Of a stretch of 64,000 nt of DNA, positions 42,255 to 56,830 are shown one piece after another; the stretch's first letter is position 1, and the number at the start of each line of letters is the position of its first letter. A model generated the notes under the pieces. It did no database searches, was not told the DNA's origin, and saw only the letters and a program-made list of their open reading frames with translations. A program made the translations under genes and the position numbers. Source of the DNA: the human T2T-CHM13v2.0 reference genome, Homo sapiens; assembly GCF_009914755.1 (NCBI RefSeq), contig NC_060930.1. The stretch is one strand, 5' to 3'.

Positions 42255-44858
42255 TAGTATTGATATGTGCGGATTTGATCTTGTCATCACATTGTTAGCT
42301 GGTTATTATGCAGGCTTGTTTGTGTGGTTGCTTTATAGAGTCACCAGTCTGTGTACTTGAGTGTGTTTTTGTAGTGGCTGGTAATGGTCCTTCCTTTCCA
42401 TATTTAGTGCTCTTTTCAGGACCTCTTTTAAGGTAGGTCTGGTGGCAAGGAATTCCTCAACATTTGCTTTGAAAAAGATCTTACTTATCCCTCATTTATG
42501 AAGCTTAGTTTGGCCGGATATGAAATTCTTGGTTGGAAATTCTTTTCTTTAAGAATGCTGAATATAGCCTGATCTCTTCTGGCTTTTAGGGCTTCTGCTG
42601 AAAGATCTGCTGTTAGCCTGATAGGGCTCCCTTTGTAAGTGAACTGCCTCTTCTCTCTACATTTCTTTAACATTGTTTCTCTCATTTTCATCTTGGAGAA
42701 TCTGATGATTATGTGTCTTGGGGATATTCTTCTTGTGTATTATTTTGCAGGAGTTCTCTTCATTTCCCGAATTTGAATGTCAGCCTCTCTAGCAAGGTTG
42801 AGGAAGTTTTCATGTGTAATATCCTGAAATAGTTTTCCAAGTTGCTTACTTTTTCCCTGTCTCTTTCAGGAACACCAATGAGTCGCTGATTTGGTCTCTT
42901 TACATAAGCCCATATTTCTCAGAGGTTTTATTCATTCTTTTTACTTTATTTTCGTCTAACTGAGTTATTTCAGAGCCAGTCTTTAAGCTGTGAGATTCCT
43001 TCTTCTGCTTGGTATGTTCTGCTGTTAATACTTGTGATTTCATTATGAAATTCTTATAGTACGTTTTTTATCTTTTTCAGATCAGTTTGGTCCTTTTTTA
43101 TAATGACTGTTTCATCTGTCAGCTTCTGTATCATTTTATTGCAATTCTTAGATCCCTTGGATTGGGTTTCAACTTTCTCCTAAATCTCAATCATCTTTTT
43201 TGCTATCCATACTCTGAATTCTATTTCTGTCTTTCAGCCATTTCAGCCTGGTTAAGAACCCTTGCTGGGGAACTAATGCAATTGTTTGGAAAGAAGACAC
43301 TCTGGCTATTTGAGTTGCCAGAGTTCTTGGGCTGGCTCTTTCTCATCTGTGTGGGCTGGTGGTCCTTTAACTGTGATGTAAGTTGAGTACAGTCAGTAGA
43401 CTTTTCTGGATGTTTTCAGAGGACCAAGGCTTTTTGCAAGGTCTTTATTTATAGTTAATTATTGTCCTTGGTTTCGCATGGGGAGTATATTACCAAAGGT
43501 GTTTTTTTTTTTGTTGGTTCGTTTGTTTTGTTGTTATTGTTCTGCTTTTTTTGTTTTGTTTGTTTTTGGTGTTGAAGTTTTGGGCTTTGATACAGTAGAT
43601 GGCACTTAAACGTAAGGGCCAGCAGGTAGGCTCTTCCTCAGCCATGCAGCTCCTTGGCGTTTCCACACATTTTCAGCTGTGTGCCCTCTCAGTGTTCTGA
43701 GGTGTAGGCTCCTCTCCCACTTAGGTGCTGGCTGCAGATCTCGGCTTGGCACTCCCAGGATGCCCACTGCAGCTCTGGGGTAAGCTCAGGCTTTATATTC
43801 TGTCCTCAGCTTGGAGGCAGCAGAGGAAGGGCCCTTAGCAGTGGTTGTAGCAGAGGGCCTTTCACTTCTGTTGTGGGGCTCCACCCACCAAGAGATGCAG
43901 AGCCATGATCAATCATTGCGATTGGCCTGGGATGGGGCAGCTGTGCTGTGGACCTAAGTGGAGGGGACCCTTTCCAGTGATGAGCAGGGTGGGTGGGTGG
44001 GTCCCAGGGGAGACAGCCTGGCCTCTTCTCCTTAGGGCAACTGCAGCTTGCTGGCAGTATGGTTGAAGCACTCAGGGTCTTTGTTCCTTTCCCAGTCCAA
44101 GGGCAGCAAGGCAGCACCCTTGCAATGGCAGTGGCCGAGGAGATCTCGGTTGCCTCTAGGAGCTGCACCTCAGAGAACTGCTGAGCTACTGGTCTGGATG
44201 GGAGTGAACACTGGGGCAGGGAGGCTGCACTGCTGGCCTGAGCCAGGGACTCTACTTGTTGAAGAGTGGGGCATGGGGGCTCACAGGGAAGAGACGGGAC
44301 TCCTCTCTGGTGGCTGTGGTGTGCTGGAGGTGCCAGCATAGTGACTAGGCCCTTTGTTCCTTCCCCAGCCCAAGGGCAGTTAGGGCACTACCACTACAGC
44401 TGCAATGGTAGGAAAGAATCTTACTCTACATCTTTTATAATTTGGGATTTTTCCTTTTGCATTGTAAGAAAGCAGAGTCCAGTTACTTTATATGGTAACA
44501 CATAGATATTTGATCCCTGAATTTGGGGCAGGAATAAATCTGATGGGAGACAAATGGATCTATCAGGATGGAAGTGCTCTGCTATTCCCTCAGGAAGAAA
44601 AGATGACTTACTTGAAGTCACAGGCAGAAGTTAAACAGCTGATAGAAGGCCTCCAGCAAGTCCAGGAATTCTGTGTGAAACAATTGTCAACGGGCAGCTT
44701 CCCATCCTTGAGCCCACATGCCGCACAGCCCCAATTTCTTCATCCCCAGCTCCCCTAATTTTTGCCCACAGGCTGGTTGCAAGGGTAACACTAGATGTAA
44801 GTGCTGTTATTATTTCTGTCTCCATGCCAGCAACGTCCACCAATTGGTTGGGGGACTA

Positions 44859-45264
<406 letters not shown>

Positions 45265-47850
45265 CTAACTGCTAGAGGTTTTCCCCCCAAAATTCTAGTG
45301 TTTGACCCACTAGCTATTGCAAATGCCTATTATTCCTTTTTCAATTGCTGTATTTAAGCCACAAAGAGCAGCCCAAAGAGGCAGAGGCACAACTGTTACC
45401 AACAACCAAAGGAAACCAAAAATACAAAAAAAAAAAAAAAAACCCAAAACCAGAAAAATTGAGTAGAGCAGGAACCCTCCCTCTGCTTCTCTCTTTGTGC
45501 CACATGACACAGGCCACAGGTGTTTGTGATCTCCAGATGAGAGAAAGACTTCATGATTGGCCACTGGCCTCAGGCTAGAACACTGAAGAAAAAGTTTCTT
45601 TGTGCCAAGGTTGGTATGTGAAGCCCTGGGTTTCAAGCCCCCTTGTTCCCATCTGCCCTGGATGCAAGTGTGTCTGAAAGCCATGGGCCTAGGCAGCTGT
45701 TGGATGCATTGTGTGGAAGAAAGAACAGCGGGGCTCCCTGAGGTACACAGCTGGCCTTCTCAGCCGGCCCTTTTTGGGGGTGCTACCTGGCCATGCGAGG
45801 TTGGCTCTGGATCAGCAGCAGCTTGTGGATAAGTTTTGAAAGAGTCAGATCCACAGAGCACCTTGGAAAGGTGTCCTCTGCAAGTGAGGGGCTATAGGCA
45901 CAAGAGTGGCCTGCCTGGTGGACAGCGTTGCAGCACTTGAGGGCCTGTGGCTGTGATTCCCAGGCAGGGTGGAGGTGCGGGAGCATGGCAGTCCTCCATC
46001 TTGGGCATCTCCTATGTGCTAGACTCTCTGCTGGATGATGGGGACTTGAAAGTGGATAGGCCGTGGTCACTGCCCTGGAGCAGCAGGAAGATCTGGAAAC
46101 AAATCCTCCTGACATCATCGGTACTGGGTCTTCCCTCTGGCCTGTAAACACCACCAGCAGAGAAGAAGTCTGAGTTCCTGCTGTGTCCCCAGCTCAGAGC
46201 CCAGGGCTGGCCCCCAGTAGAAGCACAATACAGATCTAGTGGCTGGATAAATAAAACAAGGCAGGCGCAGTGAGAGCCCAAAGGAGGAAACAAGTAACTC
46301 TGCTTGCAAAGTGTTTTCACAAGAGAAGCTGGAACTGGCCCTCAAAGGATAGGATTATCTGCGCAGACAGCAGGAGAGGGAATCCCGAGCAGAGAAAATA
46401 TCACGTGCAAATGCCTGGAAGTAGAAAACAGCATTGCCCGCTCAGGGAAACCCAAGGAGGCCACCGTGTTTTGAGCATAGGCTCCATGGAAGATCGTGCA
46501 AGGAGAGAGAAGGTTCATGGATTGTGTGCTGTATGGGAGGGCCTGAGTTTCTTGATGGGACTTGCATTTAGAAAGCTGACTCTTTAAGGGCCAGGAGAAC
46601 AGATCAGATCAGAATGGGTGGCAAGACGGGCTCAAGACTTGCTGTGCTCATCAGACAGCCCAGCAGAGCCCTCCCAGGACCCCAGCGGCCCTCGGCAACC
46701 CCTGGTGCAGCACCGGCTTATAGTAAATCCTTCATAAATATTGGTTGACTTTTTTCATGGCATCGCTGGGCCCTGAATCCAGGTCTTCTGATCCTTCCAT
46801 TTCTTTTACATAAAGAGCTCTCCAAATATTTAGTCAAAGAGTTTTGGGTTTCGGTTTAATTCTTAAGCTTCAGTTTACTATGTCTTTTGAATTCTAGCTT
46901 TCAGCATTTCACCTCTTTGTAACAGAGGTTCAATCTTTTAAAAAATGCACTTTGGAACTAAAGATCAATAGAGTTTATCTTCAGGAGTGTCAGCAAATAC
47001 TCACTTTATCAAGTCATTGCTACTCAGAACTAGGCTATTTAAATAGTTGTAGTGTTGATACGTTTGTCATTCCTGCATTTTAAAATATTCACCTTCACAA
47101 TTCAGTTTCTAAACTTTTCTACTGAAATTAACACAAATGTTTGACTGAGTTCGTATTTTATAAAAAGATATCAGGTCTAGTTTTTCTACCCATGTTTGCA
47201 GGAGTAAATAGAGGCAATAGATTTCACAGCTGACATTAGGATTATTATTAATCTAGGCCTCAGTGACACCCAGCTGGCACCCATAGAGACCTGACCTTAT
47301 CTTTGATGGATTCAAAGCCAGTGATTTCTATCCAGTGCTCAGGGGAAGCACACAGCCGTGCCATCTCTTTGTTCTCTCCTTATTGCAGAATCAGTTGCAA
47401 GGCCTCCCTCTTCTTAAGGCCCCTGCTTTTGGAGCTCAGCACCTCTCCAGATGCCTGTGACATTAGTGCCATTTGATGGGGCAGCCACCTGGGGTGCCAG
47501 GCAGATGTGGCACCTGCCAAAAGAGGGTATCCTGCTTGGCAGGGCAAGGCCACCCAGAGTCCTTGGACTGGCTCCACAGCTGTTCAGTTATTCTAAGCAG
47601 AAGGTTTGGGCCTCAGGAAGAGAGAAGTAGGAGACCTGCTTCTTCCTCCTGCCATTGCCCCGCCCTGCCCTCCACACTGCCTGCTCTCCCTCGAACCTGG
47701 AACTTTAATTTTCCATGAATAATTCATGGCCAGTAGCAGTTCAAAGCACTCTCCTTAACTCTGGGATTGTACTTTCACAAACACCAAAGCCTTAGGCTAA
47801 AGGGCTATAGCAGCTTTCCAGACCTCTGACAGCCATTTAAAGAAGACCAA

Positions 47851-48634
<784 letters not shown>

Positions 48635-48991
48635 TCACCAAGTGCTCTGCGTGAAAACGCTTGGGTGTGGGTGTGTTCTGTGATGTGGCCCCTCACCTGA
48701 CTAAGCTGCGTTCTCTAAGGGTAGCTCTTTATCATACAAGTGAGTGTATTTGAGTACATAATAAAGAGGCACATAGGAATGTGTGGACTGGGGAGTATTT
48801 ACTGGCACCCCACAGTGGGGTTCTCAAACCTGAAAGTTTCAATCACTGGGGAATCTCGGTGAAATGCAGATTCCCATTCCATAGTTGGGACAAGCCAAGA
48901 ATCTGCTTATGTGCTAGGCTGTCAGATGATATGGATGCTGGTGGACCACTCTTGGAGCAGGCCTTCTCATCTTTGGCTGCAGATTCCCATC

Positions 48992-49379
48992 TGTATTAGT
49001 CTATTTTCACATTGCTATAAAGAACTACCTGAGGCTGGGTAATTTATAAAGAAAAGAGGTTTTATTGGCTCATGGTTCCACAGGCTGTATAGGAAGCATG
49101 GCTGAGGAGGCCTCAGGAAACTTACAATCATGGAGGAAGGAAAAGAGAAAGGAAGGAAAAGAGGAAGGTCTTAAATGGCCAGAGCAGGAGGAAGAGGGTG
49201 CAAGGGGAGGTGCTACACCTTTTAAACAATGAGATCTCATGATAACTCACTATCAGAAGAACAGCAAGGGAGAAATCCACCCCCATGATCCAGTAACCTC
49301 CCACCAGGCCCCTCCTCTGACATTGGGGATTACAATTCAACATAAGATCTGGGCAGGGATACAAAACCAAACTATATCA
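48992..49379 (-). mobile_element. MST-type MaLR solo LTR
   Basis: TGTATTAGTC...GCTATAAAGAACTACCTGAGGCTGGGTAATTTATAAAG...ACTATATCA; TSD ccatc/acatc. Confidence 0.85.
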
Positions 49380-49413
49380 ACATCTCGGAGGAGTTTTTAG
49401 ACATCTCAATGCT

Positions 49414-51652
49414 TGATATGGTTTGGCTGTGTCCCCATCCAAATCTCATCTTGAATTGTGGTTCCCATAATCCCCATGTGTCATGGGAGGGACCCAGTGG
49501 GAGGTAATTGAATCATGGGGGTGGTTACCTCCATGCTATTCTCATGATAGTGAGTGAGTTCTCATGAGATATTTGCTTGGCACTTCTCCTTCCTGCTGCC
49601 ATGTGAAGAAGGATGTGTTTGCTTCCCCTTCTGCCATGATTGTGAGTTTCCTGAGGCCTCCCCAGCCCTTCAGAACTGTGAGTCAATTAAACCTCTTTCC
49701 TTTATAAATTACCCAGTCTCAGATATGTCCTTATAGTAGCATGAAAATGGACTAATACAGTATATTGGTATTGGGTAGTGGGGCACTGCTATAAAGATAC
49801 CTGAAAATGTGGAAGCGACTTTGGAAGTGGGTAACAGGGAGAGGTTGGAACAGTTTGGAAGGCTCAGAAGAAGATAGGAAGATGTGGGAAAGTTTGGAAC
49901 TTCCTAGAGACTTGTTGAATGGCTTTGACCAAAATGCTGATAGTGATGTGTACAATGAAGTCCAGGCTGAGGTGGTCTCAGACGGAGATGAGAAACTTCT
50001 TGGAAACAGGAATAAAGGTGACTCTTGTTATGATATAGCAAAGAGACTGGTGGCATTTTGCCCTGCCCTAGAGATTTGTGGAACTTGAGAGAGATGATTT
50101 ACGGTACTGGTGGAAGAAATTTCTAAGCAGCAAAGCATTTGAGAGGTGACAGAGCATAAACGTTTGGAAAATTTGTAGCCAGATCATGCAGCAGAAAAGA
50201 AAAACCCATTTTCTGGGGAGAAATTCAAGCTGACAGCAGAAATTTACATAAGAAACAAGGAGCTGAATGTTAATCACCAAGACAATGGGGAAAATGTCTC
50301 CAGAGCATGTCAGAGACCTTCATGGCAGCCCCTCCCATCACAGGCCCAGAGGTCTAGGAGGAAAAAATGGTTTCCTGGGTCAGGTCCAGGGCCCCCTGCT
50401 GTGTGCAGCCTATGGACTCTAACCCAGCCACTCCAGCCATGGTTAAAAGGGGCCAAGGTTCAGCTCAGGCCATGGCTTCAGAGGGTGCAAGCCCCAAGCC
50501 TTGGTAGCTTCCATGTGGTGTTGGTCCTGTAGGTGCACAGAAGACAATAATTGAGGTTTGGGAATCTCCACCTAGATTTCAGAGGATGTATGGAAATGCC
50601 TGGATGTCTAGGCAGAAGTTTTCTGCAGGGGTGGAACCCTCATGGAGTACCTCTGTTAGGGCAGTGCAGAAGGGAAATGTGGGGTCAGAGCCCCCACATA
50701 GAGCCCCCACATAGAGTCCCCACTGGGGCACTGCCTAGTGGAGCTGTGAGAAGAGGGCCACCATCCTCCAGACCCCAGAATGGTAGATCCACTGACATCT
50801 TGCACTGTGTGCCCAGAAACGCTGAAGACATTCAACTCCAGCCGTGAAAGCAGTTGGGAGGGGGGTTGTACCCTGCAAAGTCATAGGGCGGAGCTGCCCA
50901 AGGCTGTGGGAGCCTTACCTCTTGCATCAGCATGACCTGCATGTGAGACATGGAGTCAAAGGAGATTATTTTGGAACTTTAAGCTTTAATGACTGACCTA
51001 TTAGATTTCGGACTTGCATGGGGCCTGTAGCCCATTTGTTTTGGCCAATGTCTCCCATTTGGAACAGTTTTATTTTACCCAGTGCCTGTACCCCCATTGT
51101 ATCTAGGAAATAGCTAACTTGCTTTTGATTTTACAGGCTTATAGACAGAAGAAACTTGCCTTGTCTTTGGACTTGGACTTTTGGGTTAATGCTAGAATGA
51201 GCTAAGACTTTGGGGGACTGTTGGAAAGGCATGATTGTGTTTTAAAATGTGAGGACATGAGATTTGGGAGGGGCCAGGGGCAGAATGATATGGTTTGGCT
51301 GTGTCCCTACCCAAATCTCATCTTGAGTTGTGGTTCCCATAATCTGTACATGTCATGGGAGGGACCCAGTGGGAGGTAATTGAATCATGGAGACAGTTAC
51401 CCCCATGCTGTTCTTGTGATAGTGATCTCCCGAGATCTGATTCTTTTATAAGAGGCTTTTTCCCCCTTTGCTTGGCACCTCTCCTCCCTGCTGCCATGTG
51501 AAGGACATGTTTGCTTCCCTTTCTGTCATGATTATACATTTCCTGAGACCTCCCCAGCCCTACAGAACTGTGAGTCAACTAAACCTCTTTCCTTTATCAA
51601 TTATCCAGTCTCAGGTATGTCTTTATTGGCAGCATGAGAACAGACTAATACA
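49414..51652 (+). mobile_element. Complete THE1-type MaLR retrotransposon: 5' LTR 49414-49759, internal region 49760-51285, 3' LTR 51286-51652
   Basis: Two TGATATGG...CTAATACA LTRs in direct orientation. Internal ORF remnant (GRGWNSLEGSEEDRKMWESLELPRDLLNGFDQNADSD). Polypurine tract GGGAGGGGCCAGGGGCAGAA before the 3' LTR. Confidence 0.92.
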
Positions 51653-52689
51653 ATGTCCCACACCAATGAAAGACTCTCTGACAGCAGGACCAGGATCTCA
51701 GCAGTTCTGCTCAATGATTATTGCCCAGGATGAGTTGGTGTGGTGTGAGGGGACTGAGTGGGTGATGGGACTGATTCCTACCATTTTGGAAATCAACCAA
51801 AAGTATCTTGCAACCATCTCTGATAGTATGTGCTTTAAGAGGGTGAGAATTAAAATGAACAGTTATCTTTAATGTTACCAACTCTGATGCTCCTCAGGAC
51901 TGATCCAGTCCCTTAGGTCTGGCTTGCATCTGTCAGCCACAGAGTCTCAGCTGAAGCTCTCATGGAAGTTCTTGATCTTCTCCATCCACCCTGCCCTCCT
52001 GTTCTTGACTGCACAGCCAGCTGCCCTAACTTCTTCTTGGCAAGGCTAATAGGGCTCTGAGGAGTCTAGGTGAAATAAAACTGGAAGTTTTATCTTCCCA
52101 GAGAGCAGGGGTTCTCAAACCTTGCCCACGTGAGAACAACCCGGGTCATTCTGATTTAATAAATCTGGAACAGGGTTCACACCTTGGGGGAGTTTTAAAA
52201 GCTCCCATGTGATCCTAATGTGAAATCAGAAATGATAAGATAAAATGGAAATTTAAAAACTCCACGTTTGTATTGTCATTGACATTTTTAGAACTGGTTC
52301 TAAAAATTAAAGGTGCTATTGAGATGATAAAATGTAGAAATGATTTTCAAAATATACATTTAATGATTTTTTAAAATGTATTTTTTACAATCTGGTTTCT
52401 CCCCCTCCCATTCTATACTTGGCATTTTTGAGGTAGCCAATGGGCAAAGTGAAGGGACCCTGGAGCTGGATTTGGAGTCCAGCATTCCAGGAGAGCGAAT
52501 TAGGGTGGTGTGTTAATGAGGGCAAGGCTAGCAGTAACAAGTAACACCCTAGCCTTTCCAGGTTTAAGGCAGGAGTCTGGTGCTCACAGACCTGTGCAGG
52601 CGGGAAGAGGTCAGGGTGGCCCTCCTCTGTGCAGTCAGGCGACTCCCCAGCTGTGTCTCCCAAGATGGCCTGGGGCCTCTCCTGCCGCC

Positions 52690-52847
52690 TACAGGGAGGG
52701 GAGGGGGAAGGAGGAAAAGGGCGGGGCTCCACAGGGAGGGCCTGGCTGGGTGGGGCCATGTGTGCTGTGCTCCATTGGCCAGAGCTCAGTCACGTGGCCC
52801 CTGCACGTGTGCAACGAAGGAGGCCGGGGTCCCAGCGGAGGGTGAGT
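52690..52847 (+). promoter_or_regulatory. Candidate internal promoter / alternative first exon: GC box, inverted CCAAT, two CACGTG E-boxes and a consensus 5' splice site
   Basis: GGGCGGGG 52719-52726; ATTGG 52774-52778; CACGTG 52791-52796 and 52804-52809; AGG|GTGAGT donor at 52842; locally GC/CpG-rich. Confidence 0.4.
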
Positions 52848-52999
52848 CCCAGAGCCCCAGCCTGGGTAAACCGTGGGCACCGGGGGCCCTGCCAGCCGCT
52901 GTGCCTGCTGCCCTGGAGCTTACACTCCAGGCGGACGGGTCCCGCCGAGGCAGAGGGAGGCTCTGAAGGTGTGCGCTCTTTCTCTTCTTTTCTCCACAG

Positions 53000-53158
53000 A
53001 TATCGCAAACGGCACCAGTTCAGGGGGGTACCGCCCGCCTCCCAGAACCAAAGAAGTCATCATCAATGGCCAGACCGTGAAACTTAAATACTGTTTCACC
53101 TGCAAGATTTTCCGGCCCCCTCGCGCCTCCCATTGCAGCCTTTGTGATAACTGCGTAG
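53000..53158 (+). CDS. ZDHHC14: ZDHHC14 internal coding exon (probably exon 3): N-terminal part of the DHHC cysteine-rich domain
   Basis: Polypyrimidine tract plus cacAG ending 52999; donor G|GTGAGT at 53159. Translation includes [24 protein letters not shown], the C-x2-C-x9-HC-x2-C pattern of the DHHC-CRD. Confidence 0.96.
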
Positions 53159-54384
53159 GTGAGTAGTGCCTGGGCGGAGCCTGGCGGGAGCCCGGGTCCT
53201 CCGGGTGGGTTTGCGCCTCTCCAACCCTGCGCCACGGAACACTCAGTAATGGTTAATATTTCAGCGCATTTGCATGTTGCCACTGATTGAGTTCACCGGG
53301 CCTAGAGTCACCAAATATCTTTTTTATTCTCTTTACACCCTGCACCGCCCTTGGCTGCGAGGGCCTCCCCCAGCACAGGCACGAGAATGGGGTCCTCTGT
53401 CTCCCCAGGCTGCCAGGTCAGCAGGCACGTGAAATAAAATCATGTCTCCCCCAGGCCTCTCGATTGCCACAGGTCTGGCCACACACCTACGGGAGGCACC
53501 CTTGTGCAGTTGTTTGTCCCAGCTCCTCAGAGGGGCTGGGGGCGTTTAATCCCCACTCCTTCTGGGGACAGGAAAAGAGGCAGGATCCGGGAGACCTCTC
53601 CTCCAGGGGCTGGAGTTAGGATCTGTATTCTTCCCGGAGACGACGAAGGCCTCCCCTCTCTGCCTCCCAACTTCCGCCAGGACAGGCTAGGGAAACAGGC
53701 AGAGGGAACTGAGAGCTCAGAGGTCTGCAGCTGTAAGGCTGGGCCCTACCACCGGCCCAGCATGGGCCTTCTGCAAGTGACCCGGGCCCAGCCCCTGGGA
53801 TTATTTGGCAAGCGCCTGTTGTCACTGCAGACTGAGAGCTGCTCCCCACACCCACAGACCCTCTTCTCTCTGTGGCTGGAGCTGCCTAGAGATGAGGTTG
53901 GCAAGGAGATGGCAGAACACCCAAGTGACAGGAAGGGAAGCAAGGAGAGGACAAAAGCTTTGCCCCAGTGGGGAAGACTCATGGCCTGCCTCTAGCGGAA
54001 GTGACCAGGGGTATTCCTGGGAGAATAAGCAATGGAAACCCTGTTACCTCGTAACTGAAAGGATAGGAGTGCACCTCAGAACAAACCTAGCTTCCCTTAG
54101 TAACACAGCATTGATTGCCAGCACTCTTCGTGAGTCTTAGAATTTGTAGTCTCAATTCTTCTTGAGAAAAATAACATTTTATAATGTACGTCCTGCTGTG
54201 CAAAGCAGTCTTCCGTTTGTCTTAAATTAACTTTACCCTAACTTTAATAATCTACAGTTTGCCACAAAGCTCATGTTTTCTCTATCAGGCCTCGTCTTGG
54301 TTTTCTTAACATAGATAAATTACTTTCAGCCTTGCCTCCCCAACAGAACAGTATGGAATGGGTTCTGCTTCTCCCATGTAGGAA

Positions 54385-54600
54385 GTAGCTGATGGTTAAG
54401 AGCATGGGATCTGGCACTGCATGGCCTGGGTTCAAATACCAGCTGCGTGACAGGCAAGGTACTGAAACGCTGTGTGCCTCAGTTTCGTCATCTCTGCGGT
54501 GGGGTTGATAACTGCCTGCCGCATGGGATAGTGGAGAGAATAAATGAATGAACAGGTGGAAAGTGCCTGGCATGTAGCAGACGCTCTGTGATTGTTAGCT
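54385..54600. mobile_element. MIR SINE
   Basis: TGGTTAAGAGCATGGG...CCTGGGTTCAAATACC...GTGCCTCAGTTTCGTCATCT. Confidence 0.7.
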
Positions 54601-55183
54601 GCTAGTGCTCTTGTTACTCCTCCTCTCTTGATAGTTTTGATTGGCTTTCTCTGGACAATGTCTTGACCTTCCGTAGATGCAGTGGCCAAAACTACACCTA
54701 GTTCTCCATGTGGGGGCACACCAGGGTTTCTACAAGGTTTCTACAAGGGACTCTACAAATCAGCCTTTGTTTGATTACCAGTACCCTTCCTGGTGACACC
54801 AGCCCCAGTGTCCATTCCACACCTATCTTGGGGACAATTTAAGCTGAAGGAGCACAGCATCTTAAATATCTCTGGGGGAACCGTCTACCTGTAGGAGTTC
54901 TCAACACCCTTTCTTGGGTTGTAATTTTGACCTCCAGGCCTGTGATGGGACAGTGTGTGTCTTACACTTGTGCACATAAACTCTTCTGTCATTCTGCATG
55001 CCTTCTCCTGGAGGTCTAATGCCTTATTCTAGACTATATTTTGGTAGGTAGGGTGTTGTTATCTGTAAAACTAAAGGTCTTACTGGGCACTTCCTTCTCT
55101 TTATCATTTATAAAACTTTTTATTCATTTCTAAACACACCCAATTTGTCCACTCATTTATCCTCTGTTTCTTGTCTCTAGGCT

Positions 55184-55501
<318 letters not shown>

Positions 55502-56584
55502 TAGGCTAGATTTTTAATCACAGTCAAAATTTTCTTCTCAATCTACTGTGACTTACTATTTTAAAATTCCTTTTGGATTATTATCAGACACTGCTCTGAA
55601 AGTTCATATAATCACATTTGTTCCCTCCCATTGCCCACAGGTGTATGTGTCCCTTAAAGAACCCTGATGAATGAGATGTAAAAGCCCCTTATCACAGCTG
55701 TGCCTTTCCCCAGTGACGGTGTACTTCTGCATGTGTGAGTGTTTCCAGTATGATCCTCTCCTGTGCACTCTACCAGCCGTGAACCTAGGAGCCACCAGGC
55801 TATAATAGGCCAGGAGCCAGGCCTCCACCTTTCTGGTAAATCAAAGTCACGGTGGCCACCCAGTATCCACAACCGAACATGGTGGTGGTCTATGTATGGG
55901 AGACCCAGAACAGGAAAGAGAAAGGGAAAGGAGAGGAAGTGGGGAAGTTTGGGGCAGGATCTAGAGGAGGAAGACTGGAACCCAGGAGCACACCGCAAGC
56001 CGCGGCCTCTGAGTGGTGCTCAGGGCCAGCTCCGTGGGGGACAGGTGAAGAAGTAGCATATGAGTGATCTAAAATAAAGCTGCCCACAGGGCTCCTCAAA
56101 ACACCACCCAGTGATTGAAAACTGCATAGCTTCGGTTTTCCGGTTAATTATGGGACACTGGGGCCTTTGGTTGACTGATGAGCAGGACAGTAGTTTGGAC
56201 ATTCTGCATTCAGGAAAATAGAGTGGAAGGCAAATGTCTCCCACTGAGAAGTGTAATTGCAGAGTTGGCCATGATCTTATTTTTAGATGGAAAGTTTTCA
56301 CTGAAAGAATTCTTTTTGCAGCAAGAGAAGTAGCACAGTGGTATGCTGAAAGCTGAGGTGGGAACTTGTGGCTTCCCTTACCTTGTAACGAGCAGGTTTG
56401 AGCTGGTCCTTCCCAAGCACAGTAAATAAATGTCACTTTGCATGGGAGAGGAGAGAGGAAAAATGCAGCTTCCCAGGCCGTTCAGAAGAGCAGTTTTCTT
56501 TGTTAAATAAGTTTGAAAGTCATAGGGGCCTTTTTAGTTGAGGACTGAGAAAGAGCTTTCTCTGGTCAAATATAGAGTTAGTTG

Positions 56585-56830
56585 GCAGGCCCCAGTGGTT
56601 GGGGACCTGGCTCTGAGAACACACAGGCCAGGGCTGAATCCTGGTCCTCTCATTGAGTAATACTGGAACCTGGCAAGTTGTCTGAACGCTCCCAGCTGTT
56701 ACCACATCTGTAAAATGGATGTGATCCTAGTGCTACCCCCTCGGTTTCTTTTGAAGATTAACTGAGATAGTGCCCACCACAGCACCCAGCACAGACAGAC
56801 CTGCGGCACACTGAGGGGCCAGTAAGCGCG
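56585..56830. mobile_element. MIR SINE
   Basis: CACATCTGTAAAATGGAT...GAAGATTAACTGAGATA. Confidence 0.6.

Noticed and set aside
44492-44758. 88-aa ATG ORF with protein-like composition (…[26 protein letters not shown]…)
   Set aside because: No family that I recognise, no convincing splice-site pair, and the length is within chance expectation. PhyloCSF or BLASTP would be needed to revive it.
49807-50847. ORFs within the THE1 internal region, plus a 13-bp tandem duplication at 50687-50712
   Set aside because: Decayed MaLR internal ORF; the small duplication is ordinary slippage.
52873-53166. 97-aa ORF as a complete protein
   Set aside because: It starts at GTG and runs through the pyrimidine tract; only 53000-53158 is bounded by splice sites and homologous to DHHC proteins.
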